DNA of 64,000 nucleotides from an uncultured Gammaproteobacteria bacterium (GCA_963778665.1 CAVZVG010000005.1:205805-269804), one strand, 5' to 3'; shown: positions 9,926 through 20,842, numbered from the stretch's first letter. Program-made: numbers and translations. Notes: generated by a model from the sequence alone, not told the origin.

Positions 9926-10303
9926 ATGGCGAAAAAGATGCTCATCATGATGACCAGCGGCCCCGATACGCCGACCCGCCTCGCCACACCCTTTCATCAG
10001 GCCATGACCGCCACCGCGCTGGATGCCGAAGAAGTGGTGGTGGTATTCACCATGGAAGGCACCCGGCTGCTGAAAAAAGGCGTGGCCGAGAATGTCTTCG
10101 CCAAGCAGGGTTCCGGTCACAGCGTGCTCGAAGCGATACAGACCTGCAAGGAGTGCGGCATCAAATTCTACGTCTGCCCGTCCTCGCTGGAAATGCACGA
10201 CCTGACGCTCGACGACTGCATTCCGGAACTGGATGGCGGCATGGGTGCCGCCGGCTATGCGGCGATGGGCATGCAGGATGATGTGGTGGTGTTCTGTTAT
10301 TGA
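9926..10303 (+). CDS. DsrE/DsrF-like sulfur-relay / peroxiredoxin-like family protein
   Basis: 125 aa from MAKKMLIMMTSGPDTPTRLATPFHQA..; conserved Cys in ..KECGIKFYVCPSS... RBS GGAGA 7 nt upstream. Divergent from hypE. Confidence 0.6.
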   Translation: MAKKMLIMMTSGPDTPTRLATPFHQAMTATALDAEEVVVVFTMEGTRLLKKGVAENVFAKQGSGHSVLEAIQTCKECGIKFYVCPSSLEMHDLTLDDCIPELDGGMGAAGYAAMGMQDDVVVFCY

Positions 10304-10320
10304 GCACCGAGATGTATAGC

Positions 10321-10404
10321 GCTTACTCAAGCCCTTACTCAAGAATGTAGCCTGGGTTGAGCGCAGTGAAACCCGGGTTTCGCTATCGCTCAACCCAGGC
10401 TACA
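10321..10404. repeat. REP/MITE-like element, family A, full copy
   Basis: CTCAAGCCCTTACTCAAGAATGTAGCCTGGGTTGAGCGCAGTGAAACCCGGGTTTCGCTATCGCTCAACCCAGGCTAC, about 95% identical to 20761-20836. It lies between the convergent dsrE-like and pseudouridine-synthase genes and overlaps the synthase's last codons. Confidence 0.7.
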
Positions 10405-11169
10405 TAGGCCCCGCACCTCATCTGCCGTCAGCTCGCGCGTCTGCCCCTTGGGCAATTCGCCCAGCAGCACCGGTCCGATGGCAACGCGCAGCAGCCGCAA
10501 CACCGGTCTGTCGACGCTCGCCAGCATGCGCCGGATCTGGCGGTTTCTGCCTTCCTCCAGCGTGATCTCCAACCAGCAGTTCTTCGTACCGTGACGCAGC
10601 ATGGTCACGCCGGCCTGGCGGGTGACCACGCCATCCTCCAGGCGCACACCGGCACGCAGTTGTTCGAGCAGAGTTTCATCGGCCTGTCCGCCGATCTGCA
10701 CGTGATAGACCTTGGCGACATGCGTATCGGGATCGAGAATACGCTGCGCCCAGCGCGTATCGTTGGTAAACAGCAGCAGGCCCTCACTGGCCTTGTCCAA
10801 ACGTCCGACCGGCGCGAGCCACTGATCCTGCACATCCGTCAGACACTCGTAGACGGTGCCGCGTCCCTGTTCATCGCGCGCGGTCGTCACCAGTCCGCGC
10901 GGTTTGTTGAGCACCAGATAGCGTTTCCGCACGGCAGCGACCGACTGGCCGTCGACAGCGATCTTATCGTTCGACATGTCGACACGCTGATCGGGATTGC
11001 GCACCGACACACCATTCACGGCAACCCGCCCCGCCACGATCCAGGTCGCGGCGACCGTACGCGAAGCCAGGCCCGTCTTGGAAAGCGCCCTGGCCAGACT
11101 CACGGCAGCCTCACGCCGCGGCGCGACCGCCTGCCTGTTACTGCGTTCCGATGTGATTTTGCGCGACAT
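10390..11169 (-). CDS. Pseudouridine synthase, RsuA/RluB/RluE family, with an N-terminal S4 domain
   Basis: 259 aa. S4 domain LASRTVAATWIVAGRVAVNG. Catalytic region ..YLVLNKPRGLVTT..GRLDKASEGLLLFTND.. with the Asp in RLD. Confidence 0.8.
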   Translation of the reverse strand: MSRKITSERSNRQAVAPRREAAVSLARALSKTGLASRTVAATWIVAGRVAVNGVSVRNPDQRVDMSNDKIAVDGQSVAAVRKRYLVLNKPRGLVTTARDEQGRGTVYECLTDVQDQWLAPVGRLDKASEGLLLFTNDTRWAQRILDPDTHVAKVYHVQIGGQADETLLEQLRAGVRLEDGVVTRQAGVTMLRHGTKNCWLEITLEEGRNRQIRRMLASVDRPVLRLLRVAIGPVLLGELPKGQTRELTADEVRGLCSLG

Positions 11170-11215
11170 GCGGCAACCCCGGGTAGACTCGGACAGCGGC
11201 GAAGACCGGCTTCAG

Positions 11216-11242
11216 AAAAAAAAGGCGCGCCGAAGCGCGCCT
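11216..11242 (-). terminator. Rho-independent terminator on the minus strand (AAGGCGCGC-TTCG-GCGCGCCTT then T8)
   Basis: GC hairpin followed by a U-run when read on the minus strand, downstream of the degraded gene at 11.3-13.6 kb. Confidence 0.5.
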
Positions 11243-11279
11243 TGGTGGAGCTATGTTAAAAATTACTGAATGACACCAT

Positions 11280-13563
11280 GGATGACCTTAGGTGCATCGG
11301 TGACAGTGGGTTGATGCCGAGGTAATCGACATCGGTAGAGTCGCTCGGGTCGTGCAGATCGGCAGCGGAAGGCAGCGTGAGCGTGTGATGGGTTGCGAAG
11401 GCTCGTCGTAGCGCGCATGCCACCTTGCCAAACGCAGTTCCTGATCAAGCGCCTTGACGATGAGCGGTGTGCTGGTGCCCGGCAAGCTCATGGTGGCGCC
11501 GTCGGGGATGGAGAACTCGGGCACATAGCGCGCACCGGGGATGCCGCAATCCGCTGGGACTGTTGTCTGTCGGATCCACGCAATAGCCCCCGGATGCCGT
11601 TCAGATTACCGAAGCCGTTGAACTGCAGCTGGATGGTCTTGCCCGCCCAGCTGCCGTAAGCCGCGCCCGCTGGGCACGGTGTAAGCAACGGTTCTCCGGC
11701 GGATCGAACTGCACCACGCTGCTGTCGCTGGTCTTGGTCAACCACAAGGACTGGTTCCACTGGTTGGGACCGGTTTGCCAGGTATAGTAGACAGTAGGAT
11801 TGCCGGGTTCACATACGGCTCCCGCCATTGGGGCAACCAGTGGTCGGAAGTGCCGTATCGAACAGTCTGCCGCTCATTGGATCACCATTCTGATACATGG
11901 CCGGTGAACAGTGCCGGTATCAGTGACATACCGCTAAGGCAGTACTGTTTTGCTTTAGACCACCGCTGTCGAAGCTGTATGTCACCGAAACGGTGCCTGA
12001 ATTCCACTGGGTCGCGGGGTCGCAGTGGTTATCGCTATTGATTACCGAATGGTGAGTTGCTGCCAGTGAAAGCCGTCAAGCGATGAAGCGGTGGGGCAAT
12101 TACTCAAGCAATACAGTGCCGTGGGAGCATTGGCATGTCCGGGAATAACGTCCGACTGAGTATAAGTAATTAGACAGCGTCAGTACCGGCATGCGCCGAT
12201 CCGGTGGGCGGAATATTGATGTTACCGCCAAAGGAATCGGACCAGCCGGAAATCGGCGAATAGTCGAATGCCACCGCTATTCACGGTCGCCACCGGGCTG
12301 ATCGACGTTCAGCACACAGACCATTGTTCCCGCAGGTTTGGGTGCCAATAACAACGAACTGGCTATGGCTGGTGGTTGTCCCATTGCATCTGCCAGTTAC
12401 CTGAAACCTGTCACGACGGAATCACTGGTCTTACCAGTGAGGTCACCCCAGAAGGAAAAGGGGATACCGTCCATTGCAGCAAGCGTCTGTTGAGTTCTGC
12501 GTCCACTTGGTCAGCTTGCCGCTGCTCTTAGAGAGGGTATAGGTGCTGGTATTACCGGGACGCTGATCGGTAATGGCCACGCCGGACAAGGGCCGTCGGC
12601 AAAGCTATTCAGATCCAGCCCCTGGAAATTGACGCCCCAATAACTGGCATAACCGCAATAGGTACTGCCGTTGTAGCTAGCCTGAACCGGAAAGCCGGGA
12701 TGGGCCTGATCCACGCGGGTGCCGTCGTTGGCATTGTAGATGCCGTAACGCCATACCGATTTCGAGGCAGCGGCCTTGGAGCGGTCGAAGCAGACATCGT
12801 TGGTGCCGTCGTTACGTCGAAACACACCGGCGGGGAAACTCGCCTCGCTGGAGTCATAGGCGAAGTTGAACGTCTGCGACCGGAGGTTCATGGTGTTTTG
12901 ATCCAGCGTATTCATGATCCCCGAAGCGGCGCTGGTGGAAGTCGCCGTCATGGCGAGCGAATTTTGGCTCGAATTAGCACCGGTCTCCAGATAGCTGACA
13001 TCCGCCCCGTTGGCGTCTATGAAGCCGTTGAACATGGTGGTCGGTGAACACCGGAGGATCTTGCCGATGTAGTCCAAACGAAACTGGCCGTAGGGAGGCG
13101 CATCGGTCGGCGACTGGATCGCGGTGGCATGAACATAGATATCGATTGGGTTGCCCCTCCTCCGTCATGGACATCCATATCTTGCCGATCATGGGATCGC
13201 TATTACTGGCGCGCGTCGACATCCACCACCGCGTTCATATAATCGGGAGCGGCGGTGGCGCCGGAGGAACCGCCGAGTGGAATTGCTGCGCACTCGATTG
13301 GCTCTTGCTGTCGCACTTGTTCTTGTCGACGAGGGCGATGTAGGCACCTTTGTTAACCATATCCGCCGGCTTCATGGCATCCATGATGCACAGCACCATA
13401 TTGAGGCTGGAAATGCCGTCCGACGTGGCGTCCTGCACATAAGAATTCTGGGGATCACGACATAAGGCGAATCGGAGGGCAATACCGCCCAAGTGGTGAG
13501 CGGCGTGGCACCGATCATCGCCAGAAAAAGTACCGACATGAGTTTCAGTGACTTTGAGTTCAT
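11280..13563 (-). pseudogene. Heavily degraded gene for a large secreted protein; ancestral function unknown
   Basis: A signal peptide MNSKSLKLMSVLFLAMIGATPLTTWA at ~13563 is followed by 2.3 kb with no frame open for more than 190 codons. Protein-like segments (..YNGSTYCGYASYWGVNFQGLDLNSF..) sit in at least four frames. GC is intermediate. Confidence 0.45.
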
Positions 13564-14080
13564 GGCTGAATCCTGATTAGTTAGCGGTGACACAGAAACC
13601 GAAGCCGTTGTAGACACTCGCGGCTATCTCGTCGCATTGCCACTCGAGCTGGGCACCGCCACCACCGCCACCACAGGCGGTGAGCGCAAGCAAGACAAGC
13701 AACAGACACTGTTACTTTCAGAAATTTCATGACTGACCTCCATATAGCCAGCGGAGAAAGCCCGGGGCGATTGAAGTCGAGTAAACGAATCTCGAGAGAG
13801 AGAGGGGCGGTCGTGACGTGTATGCGCGTTCGGACCAGATCCTGCTCGTCCCGCTGTTAGCGGCAAAACATTGTCCTCACTTTAGGACCGCGAAAGAGAG
13901 AGGCGCATCGGACCTGGCATATCTGTGATCAATTCCTCAGCAAAAGCCTGCAACTACAGACCAGAATCACTGCATCTCAACCGTCCAGACACAGCCGGTA
14001 ATGACCACAGAGGGTGTTATGGCCGAGACCAGATCTAAACAGAGGACGAGTACGAATGGCCGACAGTCAGGAGCCAGCAC

Positions 14081-14205
14081 ATGAGCGCCGCAATGCGCTA
14101 TTCCATGCAATTATCGCTGGGCGGCGAAGGCGCCTGGGTACGCGGCGAGGAAGCCATCATGGGCACACAGCATCTGGGTCGAGCTGTGGGCGGAGGATCT
14201 GCAGT
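14081..14205 (+). pseudogene. Duplicated 5' fragment of apbE (about 42 codons, 1-nt indel); gene remnant
   Basis: ATGAGCGCCGCAATGCGCTATTCCATGCAATTATCGCTGGGCGGCGAAGGCGCCTGGGTACGCGGCGAGGAAGCCATCATGGGCAC.. is about 85% identical to apbE nt 19655-19775. It has its own AGGAG RBS, and the similarity ends at ~14205. Confidence 0.6.
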
Positions 14206-14285
14206 GTGTGGCGGTTGACAGGAAACGGAATCAGCGACACGCCTGATGTTTATTCAGCGGGCGTGTGCGATACACGACAAATACA

Positions 14286-14756
14286 TCACTGAGCTGCATC
14301 ATGTTCAGGGCTATCACCCGACGGATGGCCCCTCTCATCTCCTTCTTTATCACCACCCTTATACCCAGGGTTGTCTTTTCCGGAATTGCCCCTGAACTGC
14401 GGCCTGTCTTTGCTGGAATCACCGCCCATGTGGTCGATATCGCTTCTCGACCCATGACCATACCCGGAGCCGAATACCGTGCTCTCGAGGGTTTTGCTGC
14501 CGCCGCCATACATTGACGGGCCTTGATGGCCTCGCTCGCTGATGATGTAGCTTTCGCTGCCCCGGTCATGCGCCCCTTTCCTGCCGTGCTCGCCTGCGCC
14601 ATGGCCGCCGCCAATCTCGTCACGACTGCCGTTCTCCGCGTACGCCGGCATGATCAGATTGAAACCGTCCGGGTGATTCGCTACAGCGGACTCCAGCAGG
14701 GCATAAATTCCGACAGCGAAGGGTGTAGTAATAAGTACTTTCAGATATCTCGACAT
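14286..14756 (-). CDS. Secreted His/Gly-rich low-complexity protein; possible periplasmic metal-binding protein
   Basis: 156 aa from MSRYLKVLITTPFAVGIYALLESAVA (signal peptide) with GGGAGA RBS. The mature part has GHG/HG/GYGHG motifs (..GGGHGAGEHGRKGAHDRGSE..GYGHGSRSDIDHMGGD..). Confidence 0.5.
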   Translation of the reverse strand: MSRYLKVLITTPFAVGIYALLESAVANHPDGFNLIMPAYAENGSRDEIGGGHGAGEHGRKGAHDRGSESYIISERGHQGPSMYGGGSKTLESTVFGSGYGHGSRSDIDHMGGDSSKDRPQFRGNSGKDNPGYKGGDKEGDERGHPSGDSPEHDAAQ

Positions 14757-15003
14757 GACATTTCTCCCTGTCCTATCAAGATAAAAATATAGACCATGGC
14801 ACCGTAAATTGTTGATGAACTGTACAGCCACTTTTTTCAACAGCTTGTCGAATGACACGCAAAGTAACGGTACAAGTATCTGAGGAAGCGCCAGATATGC
14901 CGGCCGGTCCCGCCCAACGAAGATACAGCAAAGCACCGATCGCGACCTGACTGGATTCCCGTTTTCGAGGGCACGACTCGTTCAGAGGATAGTTACCGCA
15001 ATA

Positions 15004-15036
15004 AAAAAGGGCGCGCTTGCTGCAAGCGCGCCCTTC
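15004..15036 (-). terminator. Rho-independent terminator on the minus strand (GGGCGCGCTTGCAGCAAGCGCGCCC then T6)
   Basis: Perfect GC stem followed by a U-run when read on the minus strand, 20 nt after the stop of the 15056-16186 gene. Confidence 0.55.
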
Positions 15037-15055
15037 CCGGCCCAACGATCAACGC

Positions 15056-16186
15056 TTAACGGACAGCGTTGTCGTGGACATACTCGATGACACGCAGGGC
15101 ATCATTGGCTGCCGCGGCGAAATCATCGGCACCGGCACTGGTTTGCACGGTTGGATCAACCCAGTCGGAACCGCTGAATACGGTGTCGTAAAGATTGACC
15201 GTTGCCTGATTGTAGGTAACACCGTCCGACTGCAATACCAGCACGGTGGCGGTAGCATCCTTGTAGGTGGCTTCGCGGTCATAATCGAAGGTGGCGAAGT
15301 CATAATATGACGTCGGCACTCCATTCGTGACCGTGTTCACTCCGATGAAGTTATTGAGATACACCACCGTGTCGACATTGATGGTGCTGGTCTTGTCGGC
15401 CGCCGCCGCCAGCAGGGATGCCGCCGACAGATTGGCCGGCAACAGCGCCTTGACGTCGGCCGGCAAGGTATCGGTCATGACCGCCTTGTACAGCGCCAGG
15501 TTTTCCAGCGGCGAGTCGATGGTAGAGCCGTCCACGACCACGCGTCCCGCCGCATCGAGCGTGATGGCGGCATCCGTGGTCTTGATCTTGGTGAGCGCCT
15601 CATCCAGCGAGTGCGTCAACACTTTCGACGGTGCCCGCGCGACGCTCAGACGACTGAAGGTCACTTCCTGTGTCAACGAGGCATCGATGGGCGCACCCTC
15701 CTCGTCCAAGGGAACAAGATTGCCCTCGGCATCGATCGGCTGCACATACTTTCCATCCTTGAGAATCGGCTCGCCATTGGCGTCACGCAGGATGACCCAC
15801 AGATCGCCGTACAGATCGCCTTTCGTGGTGCCGCTGCCTGCAGGCTGACCACCGCCGCCGGTCTTGCCACCTTTAACCCCCGCCCAGATGGGGCGGTCGG
15901 AATCGCTTTCATCACCCGGTCCGCCCTGACCCTTCATCATGACGTCCTTCTGTCCTTTGCCGCTGCCATGCGTGGTGCCATGGTCACCCGTGGTCCCTTT
16001 TTGCATATTGCCGGAGCCCTTGTTACCACTGCCGCCCGAACCGTCTTCGGCTGCCTGCGCCGAGGCGATCAGATCGAAACTGCCGGTCGAAAAATGCGCT
16101 GTAAACTCGGGCGCCACCAATGTCGCCACCGCTGCAAACCCACCCACCACGACGATACGTTTCAGATTGTATTTAACCTTGCTCAT
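15056..16186 (-). CDS. Secreted hypothetical protein with a Gly/Ser/Thr-rich linker
   Basis: ATG at 16186 (MSKVKYNLKRIVVVGGFAAVATLVAPEFTA) with GAGGTGA RBS 6 nt upstream. The ORF-track extension begins at a TTG. GC-rich codon usage and a terminator downstream. Confidence 0.6.
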   Translation of the reverse strand: MSKVKYNLKRIVVVGGFAAVATLVAPEFTAHFSTGSFDLIASAQAAEDGSGGSGNKGSGNMQKGTTGDHGTTHGSGKGQKDVMMKGQGGPGDESDSDRPIWAGVKGGKTGGGGQPAGSGTTKGDLYGDLWVILRDANGEPILKDGKYVQPIDAEGNLVPLDEEGAPIDASLTQEVTFSRLSVARAPSKVLTHSLDEALTKIKTTDAAITLDAAGRVVVDGSTIDSPLENLALYKAVMTDTLPADVKALLPANLSAASLLAAAADKTSTINVDTVVYLNNFIGVNTVTNGVPTSYYDFATFDYDREATYKDATATVLVLQSDGVTYNQATVNLYDTVFSGSDWVDPTVQTSAGADDFAAAANDALRVIEYVHDNAVR

Positions 16187-16358
16187 GACACTCACCTCAT
16201 TCTTCAATTACATGATTCTTGCGTTGCAAGAATAATATCTTTTTGTACTTGAACATTTGTTGACGAGCATCAAGCACAATGCCTTTTCACACTTGCAAGC
16301 AGGCAAATAAAGCACTCTCGTGTGGCGCGAGAGGACTGTTACCATCCATGATTCGAAA

Positions 16359-19032
16359 CTAGAAACGCATGCCCAATCCCAGGCTAAACAGGTTTTCCCT
16401 GTTCTTGAAGTTGGACGTATCGCTGTTGGCCTGCGTCGTGGTGAAGCCATACGCGTTGTAGTCGGTCACCGAGTAATCCAGACGAACGAACAGATTGCGA
16501 CTCAGCGGCACTTCCGCACCGAGCCCCACGCGCATTCCGTTGAGCGTGTCATCGCGATCCACCCAGGTGGCGCTATTGTTGCCCTTGTTGTAGATGGTAT
16601 TGAACCGGGTACGTACCGGCCCGCCGCGCACATAGAGCAGGGAGCCATTCTCCAATACATAGCCCAGACGCAAGCTGGCACCGTAACTGTTCTTCAGCTC
16701 GACGCTGAAAGTCCCGTCCACCTGAACCGCCGCCGGCGTCGCGATCATTGCTCCAATCCACACGCCCCGAACCGGCAGCCAATTCCAGACCCGCATAAAA
16801 GCGCTTGAAGGTCGTGCCGTAACCGGTAAAGAAGCCCCACACACTCCCCATCTTGCCGAAATCCCCGGTATAGGGACAGTTGCTGCAGCCTGAACCACCG
16901 CTATCGTTTTGGATGGCGTCAAGCCTGGTGGTGGCGGCAGCCTGGCCCACCTGCGCACCTGCATAGAAACCATCGACACTGGAGGCATCCACTTGCGGTG
17001 TGTTCACACCATGACCACCGAAGTGCCAGCCCAGCCCCAAGCTGAACATGCCTGCATTGCTGTCCAGCTGGTCGACCGTGGTGCCGGTGTCGCCCTGCGA
17101 TGGTGCGCTGAATTCACCGTAGTGGATGAAACTGTAATCCATGCGCACGAACAGATGGCTGCTGGCCGGAATGTCCACACCTACGCCAAAACGTCTGCCA
17201 GTCAGACTCTGATCCTGATCGAAGGCGCCGGTGGCGGCGAATTTATTTTCCGTGTCGTAGCTGTGGAAGTCGGTATGCGCCAGGCCATACTGTCCGAACA
17301 GCAAGCCGCCCGGCAACGCATAACCCAGGCGCAAGCTCAAACCGTAGCCGGCATTCTCTGCCAGCGACATGGTGCGGGCGTCGGCTTTGTCTTTCGTATG
17401 GAACCAGCCTGCCGCGCTGTTCTGCGATTCCAGTTCCAGACCGTAATACCAGCGGTTCCACATCCGTCCATAGCCGGCGAACAATCCATAGCTGTTGCCG
17501 CCTGCCTTGCCCATGTCCATTTCATCGGTGCCGCCGGAGGTTCGACTGCTGAACACTTCCGTCGTCAGAACCTCGACGCCGGTCCGGGCGCCGACATAGA
17601 AACCCGAGTAATCCGCCAGCGGCGCAGCAGTAAACTCATCGGAACCGGATCGAAAAATCGCGGGTAACACACGCCCGGGCCTGTAGCCCACACTGAACAG
17701 GATCTGGTTGTCGGCATAATCGAATCTGCTTTGGCTGCCATTGCCGTTGCTCAGCGCATCGGTGGCATTCGAATTGCGCATCGTGTGACGATAATCGGCC
17801 CCCAGAAATACATCCCTGCGTACGTAATAGCGTGCACCGAAGCCGGCATCGAGAAAATTCTCGGTGCGGTCGATGCCCTGGAATTGGCTGCGCGACAGTC
17901 CAAGACGGGCATTCAGGCTGAGATCCCGACTCAGGTCCTTGTCGACGCGCGCACCGACCGTGGTATCGAGATAGCTGGATGCACCACTGATGGTAGTTTC
18001 GTTCAAGGTCCGGTCGATGAAGGCCGTGACATAGGTGGTGGGCGCAATGGCGAATTTGGCATCCGCACCGAAATAGGGCTTGCTGACATCCCGCATGGCA
18101 ATGTCGGAATAATCCTGCAGGAGGTGACCGACATAGGCCTCGGCTTTGTTGCCGCCGCCGTAATCGGCGCTCACGCCTGTCGCAATTCGATAGCCATCGG
18201 AATTGCGGCCGCTCGTACCCAGGTCATATCGACGGGTATCGGTCGCCGCCTGCATAAACACATCGTACTTGGGTGCGACTTTGAAGCTGATGCGCCCGCC
18301 TGCCGAATAAAGCTTGCGGTCGCGGTCGTCCATCCTGATGACGCCGCCCCCGCTGGCCGGTACGTTATCGAAATTCAGATGTTCAAAGGTGGTGCCGACC
18401 CGCAAAGCCACTCTGTCAACCTGATGAAAAACGCCCAGGTGAGCCTTGGTCTCCCAGAACAAGGTCGGCTCCAAACCCACGCGCGCGGGATCTTCCAGAC
18501 TGGAACGATCCTCGTGGTTGCGGCTGATACCGGCCCCGGCATAGACATTGGTCCGTTGTGAAATATCGTAGCGTCCCTGGGACTCGAACCAGTAATCCGC
18601 CACATTTTCCGTGGTCCGGGATTGGTAGCGGTCGACATCGGCGCCGGTCCAGAAGTTCAGGCTGTGACGCGTCCAATCGGATTTGACGGCCAGTGTCGGG
18701 GACATGACGGTGACCCAATCCCTGACTTCATCGGTACGGGCGGCATAGATATTGTCGTCATACAGTTCCGACAGGGTGAATTCGGGAATGAACCGGAACG
18801 TGCCCACCGAATAACCCTCTTTACCGGGTTTCGCTTCAGGCCGGGGACTCGATTTCGCCGGGTCCACTGCAAGAGCGGGGAGCGGCGACGGGGCGGGATG
18901 CTGACTGCCGCGTGATGATTGCTCACCGTCTCCTTGCGTCTGCACCGGCGTGATAGCCGGCTGTTCCGCAAGTGTCCACAACGGGTAAATGATAGCCAGA
19001 CCAACAACAACTGCCAGGTACCGCTTAAACAC
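16359..19032 (-). CDS. Large outer-membrane protein (N-terminal ~480-aa domain plus two OmpA-like beta-barrel domains), interrupted by an apparent frameshift near 16730
   Basis: GTG start (MFKRYLAVVVGLAIIYPLWTLA) with AGGAGA RBS 6 nt upstream. Two OMP_b-brl-like repeats; the second continues in the frame of ORF 16359..16988 and ends ..NLFSLGLGMRF (OMP C-terminal Phe). The shift lies in a GCCGGCGGCGG run. Confidence 0.6.
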
Positions 19033-19654
19033 AACATCTCTCCTCACCTGAAACGCAGGCACAAAAAAGCCCGGACCGGGACGAATCCTGTGTCCGGGCG
19101 AATCTCACTTTGCTTTCACTAGCGTTTCAACTAGGAAAACGACTTATTATAACCAAACTTCACACAGCGAACGTGACCGCCCCCGCAGGTCGGACGTGAC
19201 CGACCACTCAACTCAAGAGATGCGTTTTGAACGTAAAAATGCACTTCGATGAATAATAAACATCATATCAATGTTCTATTGAACAATGAAGACCTGGACT
19301 AAAATCCTGAGTGACACTGACAAAAAAGTTCTGTCGATGATGATAAATGCCAGACTGCCAAAGTTGAATTTGACATCAGCTGCAACACACAAACATCTGA
19401 CCTCATCAGGCAATGCGAAGTGTTTTTTTCGCTGGCAAACCGGCCGGGGGCACACCGGACATGAACCATGAGTCGACTATACCCTGCAAATGCACTGTGA
19501 CCTGATTCGCAGTCCACTCGCGTATACCCGACTAGAATCATCCACAATAACCGAATCCGTCCGGCTGCCGTCGGGAATGCTGCGAGAGGCGCCATGAACG
19601 GGAATGGAGTTGCACAATGCAGTACCCATACAGCAAAAAACCGGGGGTCGCCTT

Positions 19655-20614
19655 ATGAGCGCCGCGATGCACTATTCCATGAAACTATCGCTGGGCAGCG
19701 AAGGCGCCTGGGTGCGCGGCGAGGAGGCCATCATGGGCACGCGGATCTGGGTCGAGCTGTGGGCGGATGACCGGCAGGACGGGGCCGCGGCCGTGTCCGC
19801 CGTGATGGACGAGATGCACCACATCAACCATTTGATGAGCCCGTTTCGACCCGACAGCGAGTTGTCGCGCATCAACACGCTGGCAGCGCAGGCGCCGGTG
19901 GCGGTCGGCGATGAATTGTTTCATGTCATCGAGCGCAGCCTGGAATTCTCGCGCCTGACGGACGGCGTCTTCGATGTCACCTTCTCCAGCGTCGGCAATC
20001 TGTACGACTACCGCAACGGCGTGCACCCGACCGAAAAACAGATCGAGGATGCATTACCGGGCGTGAATTACCGTCATGTCATTCTGAATCACGCGGCACA
20101 TACGGTGCGCTTCGAACGGCCCGGCATGCGCATCGATCTCGGCGGCATCGCCAAGGGCTATGCGGTCGAAAAGGCCGCCGCCATGCTGCACCGACGCGGC
20201 ATCCGCCACGCCCTGGTCACGGCGGGCGGCGACAGTCGGGTGCTCGGCGATCACCGCGGCCGCCCCTGGATGGTCGGTATCCGCGACCCGCGCAACAGCG
20301 AACGCGAAGTGGCGATGCTGCCGCTCAGCGATACCGCCATATCGACCTCCGGTGATTATGAACGCTTCTTCGAAGCGGACGGCGTACGCCATCACCACAT
20401 CCTCGATCCCAAGACCGGCAAATCCCCCGGCGAAATTCACAGCGTGACGATCATCGGACCGGACGGCATGACGACCGAAGGCATCTCGACCAGCGTCTTC
20501 ATTATGGGTGTGCGCCGCGGCATGGCACTGGTGAATTCATTGCCGGGCATCGCGGCAGTGATTGTCGACAAGGACGGCATGCTGCATTACAGCAAGGCCT
20601 TACAGCCTGCCTAG
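19655..20614 (+). CDS. apbE: FAD:protein FMN transferase ApbE; no signal peptide evident
   Basis: ..EEAIMGTRIWVELW..; DLGGIAKGYAVE; ISTSGDYERFFEADGVRHHHILDPKTG motifs. Start taken at MSAAM because the duplicated fragment begins at this ATG; the ORF track starts 17 codons earlier. Confidence 0.8.
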   Translation: MSAAMHYSMKLSLGSEGAWVRGEEAIMGTRIWVELWADDRQDGAAAVSAVMDEMHHINHLMSPFRPDSELSRINTLAAQAPVAVGDELFHVIERSLEFSRLTDGVFDVTFSSVGNLYDYRNGVHPTEKQIEDALPGVNYRHVILNHAAHTVRFERPGMRIDLGGIAKGYAVEKAAAMLHRRGIRHALVTAGGDSRVLGDHRGRPWMVGIRDPRNSEREVAMLPLSDTAISTSGDYERFFEADGVRHHHILDPKTGKSPGEIHSVTIIGPDGMTTEGISTSVFIMGVRRGMALVNSLPGIAAVIVDKDGMLHYSKALQPA

Positions 20615-20621
20615 AGACAAG

Positions 20622-20715
20622 CCTGGATTGATTGTCGGCCGCAGAGGCAGCAGTGAAACCCGGGTTTCGCTATCGCTCAACCCAGGCTACGTCCTGGATT
20701 GATTGTCGGCCGCAG
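20622..20715. repeat. Half-copy of REP family A (48 bp) flanked by a perfect 23-bp direct repeat CCTGGATTGATTGTCGGCCGCAG
   Basis: Direct repeat at 20622-20644 and 20693-20715 brackets CAGTGAAACCCGGGTTTCGCTATCGCTCAACCCAGGCTAC, 8 nt after the apbE stop. Confidence 0.6.
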
Positions 20716-20760
20716 GGTAAGTTCATTTTATCAATCGCACAAAATAGAATGGCACTGACT

Positions 20761-20836
20761 CAAGCCCTTACCCAAGAATGTAGCCTGGGTTGAACGCAGT
20801 GAAACCCGGGTTTCGCTATCGCTCAACCCAGGCTAC
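20761..20836. repeat. REP/MITE-like element, family A, full copy
   Basis: Near-identical to 10321-10404. Lies in the apbE / DUF3570 convergent intergenic region, 7 nt from the DUF3570 stop. Confidence 0.7.
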
Positions 20837-20842
20837 GTCATC

